Positions 61,473 to 64,000 of a DNA stretch of 64,000 bases are shown piece by piece. Position numbers and translations under genes: made by a program. Source of the stretch: a bacterium HR40 (lineage in GTDB: Bacteria > Pseudomonadota > Alphaproteobacteria > Geminicoccales > Geminicoccaceae); the NCBI GenBank assembly GCA_002898275.1, contig BEIQ01000001.1, positions 239,899 through 303,898 on the forward strand. The letters run 5' to 3'. The stretch's first letter is position 1, and each line of letters opens with the position of its first letter. The notes beneath the pieces were generated by a model. It was not told where the DNA came from. It ran no database searches and worked only from the letters and a program-made list of their open reading frames with translations.

Positions 61473-62824
61473 ACCAGGCCCTCCGCCTCCAGCATCTCAC
61501 CCCCCGGCACCCGCTCGAGGACCGCCTGGCGGGCGAGCCCGACGAGCACGGGATCGCGAAAGCGCTCCAACACCTCGCCGGCATAGGCGTAGACGAGCAG
61601 GGACTCGGCTGCTTCCTTCGGCAGGCCGCGCGAACGCAGGTAGAAGAGGGCCTGGGCATCGATGTCGCCGACGGTGGCGCCGTGACTGCAGCGGACATCG
61701 TCGGCGTAGATCTCGAGCTCGGGCTTGGTGTCGACCTCGGCCTCGTCGGAGACGAGCAGATTGTTATTGGCCTGGTAGGCATCGGTTTTCTGGGCGTCGC
61801 GATGGACGATGATTTTGCCGGCAAAGGCGGCATGCGCCTTGTCCTCGATCACCCCCTTGTAGAACTGGTTGGAGTGGCACCGCGGGGCGCGATGATGGAC
61901 GCGGATCAGCGTGTCGACGTGCTCGTGCCCGCGCGGCATGTAGACGCCATTGAGCAACGCCTCGATGCCTGGCCCATCGAGGACGAGTTCGCTCTCGTTG
62001 CGCACGAATCCCCCGCCGAGGGTGGCGACATTGTCGAGAAGCCTCGCCCCGGTCTCGAGCCGCATGACGGTCCGGCCGAGAAAGCTCGTCGCTTCATCGC
62101 CCAGCTGGAGCTTCTCGCGCACGAGCCGGGCGCCCGCCCCCAAGTCGATCTGGAACACCAGATTGGTGAGCACCGGGCCGGGTACGGCTGCTGCGTGCAC
62201 CTCGAGCAAGTGCAGCGAGGCTTTCTCGCCCAGGCGGAGATAGAGGCGGGGATGGGTCATGGTCGCCGAAGCCTCGCCGGCCGACAGGAACAGCAGCTGC
62301 AGCGGCGCCTCCACTTCGACCCCATCCGCTACCTCGATGAGGGCACCGCATTCGGTGAGCGCGGTATTGAGAAAGGTGAAGCTGCGACCGTCGTCGAGCC
62401 CGGCCAACACTTCGGCGACCCGGCCGGGCATCTCGGCGATGGCGCGGGAAAGGCTGGTGATACGGACACCCTCGGGCAGCCCGCCCAGGTGCGACAGCTC
62501 GGGTAGAGGATGGCCGTTGGCGAAGACCAGTCGCCTCGCCGAGGTCCCGCCCGCGAACCAGCGCGACAGTTCGGCGAGCGGGAGGTCGGGCCGACGGGCG
62601 AGCGCCATCGGCCGGTTGATCACCCGCAGCACCGGCGAGAATTTCCACTCCTCCGCCTTCTGGGTCGGAATGCCGAGCTCCAAAAAGCGAGCAAAGGCGG
62701 TCTCTCGGATCCGCGCGAGGGTCTCCACCTCCCTTCCGGGAAGCCGCTGCCGCACCCGCTCGAACAGGCTGCCGAGTTCGGGCACCGGCTCCGCGCGCCG
62801 CCTGGCGACAGCGAGGCTCGTCAT
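61469..62824 (-). CDS. sufD: Fe-S cluster assembly protein SufD
   Basis: 451 aa. The C-terminal part reads GKIIVHRDAQKTDAYQANNNLLVSDEAEVDTKPELEIYADDVRCSHGATVG. It lies between sufC and sufS. Confidence 0.93.
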   Translation of the reverse strand: MTSLAVARRRAEPVPELGSLFERVRQRLPGREVETLARIRETAFARFLELGIPTQKAEEWKFSPVLRVINRPMALARRPDLPLAELSRWFAGGTSARRLVFANGHPLPELSHLGGLPEGVRITSLSRAIAEMPGRVAEVLAGLDDGRSFTFLNTALTECGALIEVADGVEVEAPLQLLFLSAGEASATMTHPRLYLRLGEKASLHLLEVHAAAVPGPVLTNLVFQIDLGAGARLVREKLQLGDEATSFLGRTVMRLETGARLLDNVATLGGGFVRNESELVLDGPGIEALLNGVYMPRGHEHVDTLIRVHHRAPRCHSNQFYKGVIEDKAHAAFAGKIIVHRDAQKTDAYQANNNLLVSDEAEVDTKPELEIYADDVRCSHGATVGDIDAQALFYLRSRGLPKEAAESLLVYAYAGEVLERFRDPVLVGLARQAVLERVPGGEMLEAEGLV

Positions 62825-62825
62825 C

Positions 62826-63581
62826 TCAGGCTGCCTCTCCGAACGCTTCGTAGCCCTTCTCCTCGAGTTCGAGGGCGAGTTCCTTGCCGCCCGAACGCTG
62901 GATGCGGCCGTCGACCATCACGTGCACGACATCCGGTGCGACATAGTTGAGCAGCCGCTGATAATGGGTGATGACGAGAAAGGAACGCTCGGGCGAGCGC
63001 AACGCGTTCACGCCTTCGGCGACCGTCCGCAGCGCATCGATGTCGAGGCCCGAATCGGTCTCGTCGAGGATCGCGAACTTCGGCTCCAGCATGGCGAGCT
63101 GGAGGATCTCGTTGCGCTTTTTCTCGCCACCCGAAAAACCGGCGTTGACATCGCGTTTGAGGAGCTCGTCGCGGATTCCCACCAGCTTCGCGGCGGAGCG
63201 CAGCTTGCGCATGAATTCGCTGGGTGCGATCTCGCTCTCGCCGCGCGCCTTGCGAATGGCGTTGAGCGCCTGACGAATGAAATACATGTTGGCGACGCCG
63301 GGGATCTCGACCGGGTACTGCATGGCGAGAAAGAGGCCAGCCGCTGCCCGCTCTTCGGGCTCCATGGCGAGGAGATCCTGGCCCAGGAACTCGACCCTGC
63401 CGGAGGTCACCTCGTATCCCTCCCGACCCGCCAGCACATAGGCGAGGGTGCTCTTGCCGGAGCCGTTCGGCCCCATGATGGCATGGACTTCGCCATGGCC
63501 GACGGTCAGCGAGAAGCCCTTGAGGATCTCGCGGTTTTCGACCGAGACATGGAGATCGCGAATCTCGAGCATAGGAGTCAT
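62826..63581 (-). CDS. sufC: Fe-S cluster assembly ATPase SufC
   Basis: The start is taken at MTPMLEIRDLHV. Walker A is GPNGSGKST, the signature is FSGGEKKRNEILQ and Walker B is FAILDETDSGLD. 251 aa. Confidence 0.95.
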   Translation of the reverse strand: MTPMLEIRDLHVSVENREILKGFSLTVGHGEVHAIMGPNGSGKSTLAYVLAGREGYEVTSGRVEFLGQDLLAMEPEERAAAGLFLAMQYPVEIPGVANMYFIRQALNAIRKARGESEIAPSEFMRKLRSAAKLVGIRDELLKRDVNAGFSGGEKKRNEILQLAMLEPKFAILDETDSGLDIDALRTVAEGVNALRSPERSFLVITHYQRLLNYVAPDVVHVMVDGRIQRSGGKELALELEEKGYEAFGEAA

Positions 63582-63600
63582 GGTCGTTCCTGTTCCGGCT

Positions 63601-64000
63601 TTAGCCGACACTGCCTTCGAGCGAGATGCCGAGCAACTTCCTGGCCTCGACGGCGAACTCCATCGGCAGCTCGTCCATGACCTCGCGGCAAAACCCATTG
63701 ACGATGAGTGCCACCGCATCCTCTTCGGAAATGCCGCGCGAACGGCAGTAGAAGAGCTGGTCGTCGCTGATCTTGCTCGTCGTCGCTTCGTGTTCGGCTT
63801 TGGCAGAGCGGTTCTTGACCTCGATGTAAGGCACCGTATGGGCGCCGCAGCGATCGCCGATCAACAGCGAATCGCACTGGGTGTAGTTCCGGGCGCCTTC
63901 CGCCGACCGCTGGATGCGCACCAGACCGCGGTAGGTGTTGTCGGAACGACCGGCGGCAATGCCCTTCGAGACGATGCGCGAACGCGTGTTGCGGCCGATG
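63601..64000 (-). CDS. sufB: Fe-S cluster assembly protein SufB (C-terminal part; the gene continues beyond the window)
   Basis: The frame is open to the window edge. The sequence reads [28 protein letters not shown]...[35 protein letters not shown]...LPMEFAVEA. Confidence 0.93.
   Translation of the reverse strand, partial: IGRNTRSRIVSKGIAAGRSDNTYRGLVRIQRSAEGARNYTQCDSLLIGDRCGAHTVPYIEVKNRSAKAEHEATTSKISDDQLFYCRSRGISEEDAVALIVNGFCREVMDELPMEFAVEARKLLGISLEGSVG

Overview
This is a densely coding, high-GC chromosomal segment. Sampled 60-nt lines run near 70% G+C. Its gene content and synteny look alphaproteobacterial, possibly Rhodospirillales-like, but that placement is an inference. I support about 60 CDS, one tRNA-Pro(GGG), two promoter candidates and a few RNA structures.

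Most of the window is housekeeping:
- hemB, guaB, pyrE, trpS, efp, suhB, dnaKJ, ftsEX-plsC, tadA, htpX, cca
- sufE and sufBCDS-sufT
- pqiABC
- a flagellar filament module (fliC-flaG-fliD-fliS) and a separate motAB pair

The accessory or unusual parts are:
1. A solitary 733-aa gene (25182-27383) fuses an NTP_transf_5-type nucleotidyltransferase, a PqqD/RRE peptide-binding domain and an HprK-like domain whose P-loop looks degenerate. This is my best candidate for an undescribed system.
2. A CDP-hexose cassette (2725-8138) has two tandem TylCIII-type C-methyltransferases but no recognisable 4,6-dehydratase or export genes.
3. An overlapping four-gene MoxR / DUF58 / BatA_N-DUF4159 / vWA-membrane operon lies at 48886-55593.
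4. A GDSL-esterase autotransporter is followed by WalW-like and FemAB-like GNAT genes (37936-42145).
5. An AT-rich spacer at 21722-21939 ends in a textbook intrinsic terminator and may encode a small RNA.
6. A near-consensus sigma54 promoter and a perfect 21-bp palindrome lie upstream of fliC, and an alphaproteobacterial sigma32-type promoter lies upstream of dnaK.

I found no CRISPR array, transposase, integrase or rRNA. Many very long ORFs in the six-frame track are antisense or alternate-frame artefacts of the high GC content and are not reported as genes. All family assignments come from motif recognition by eye. No database search was run.
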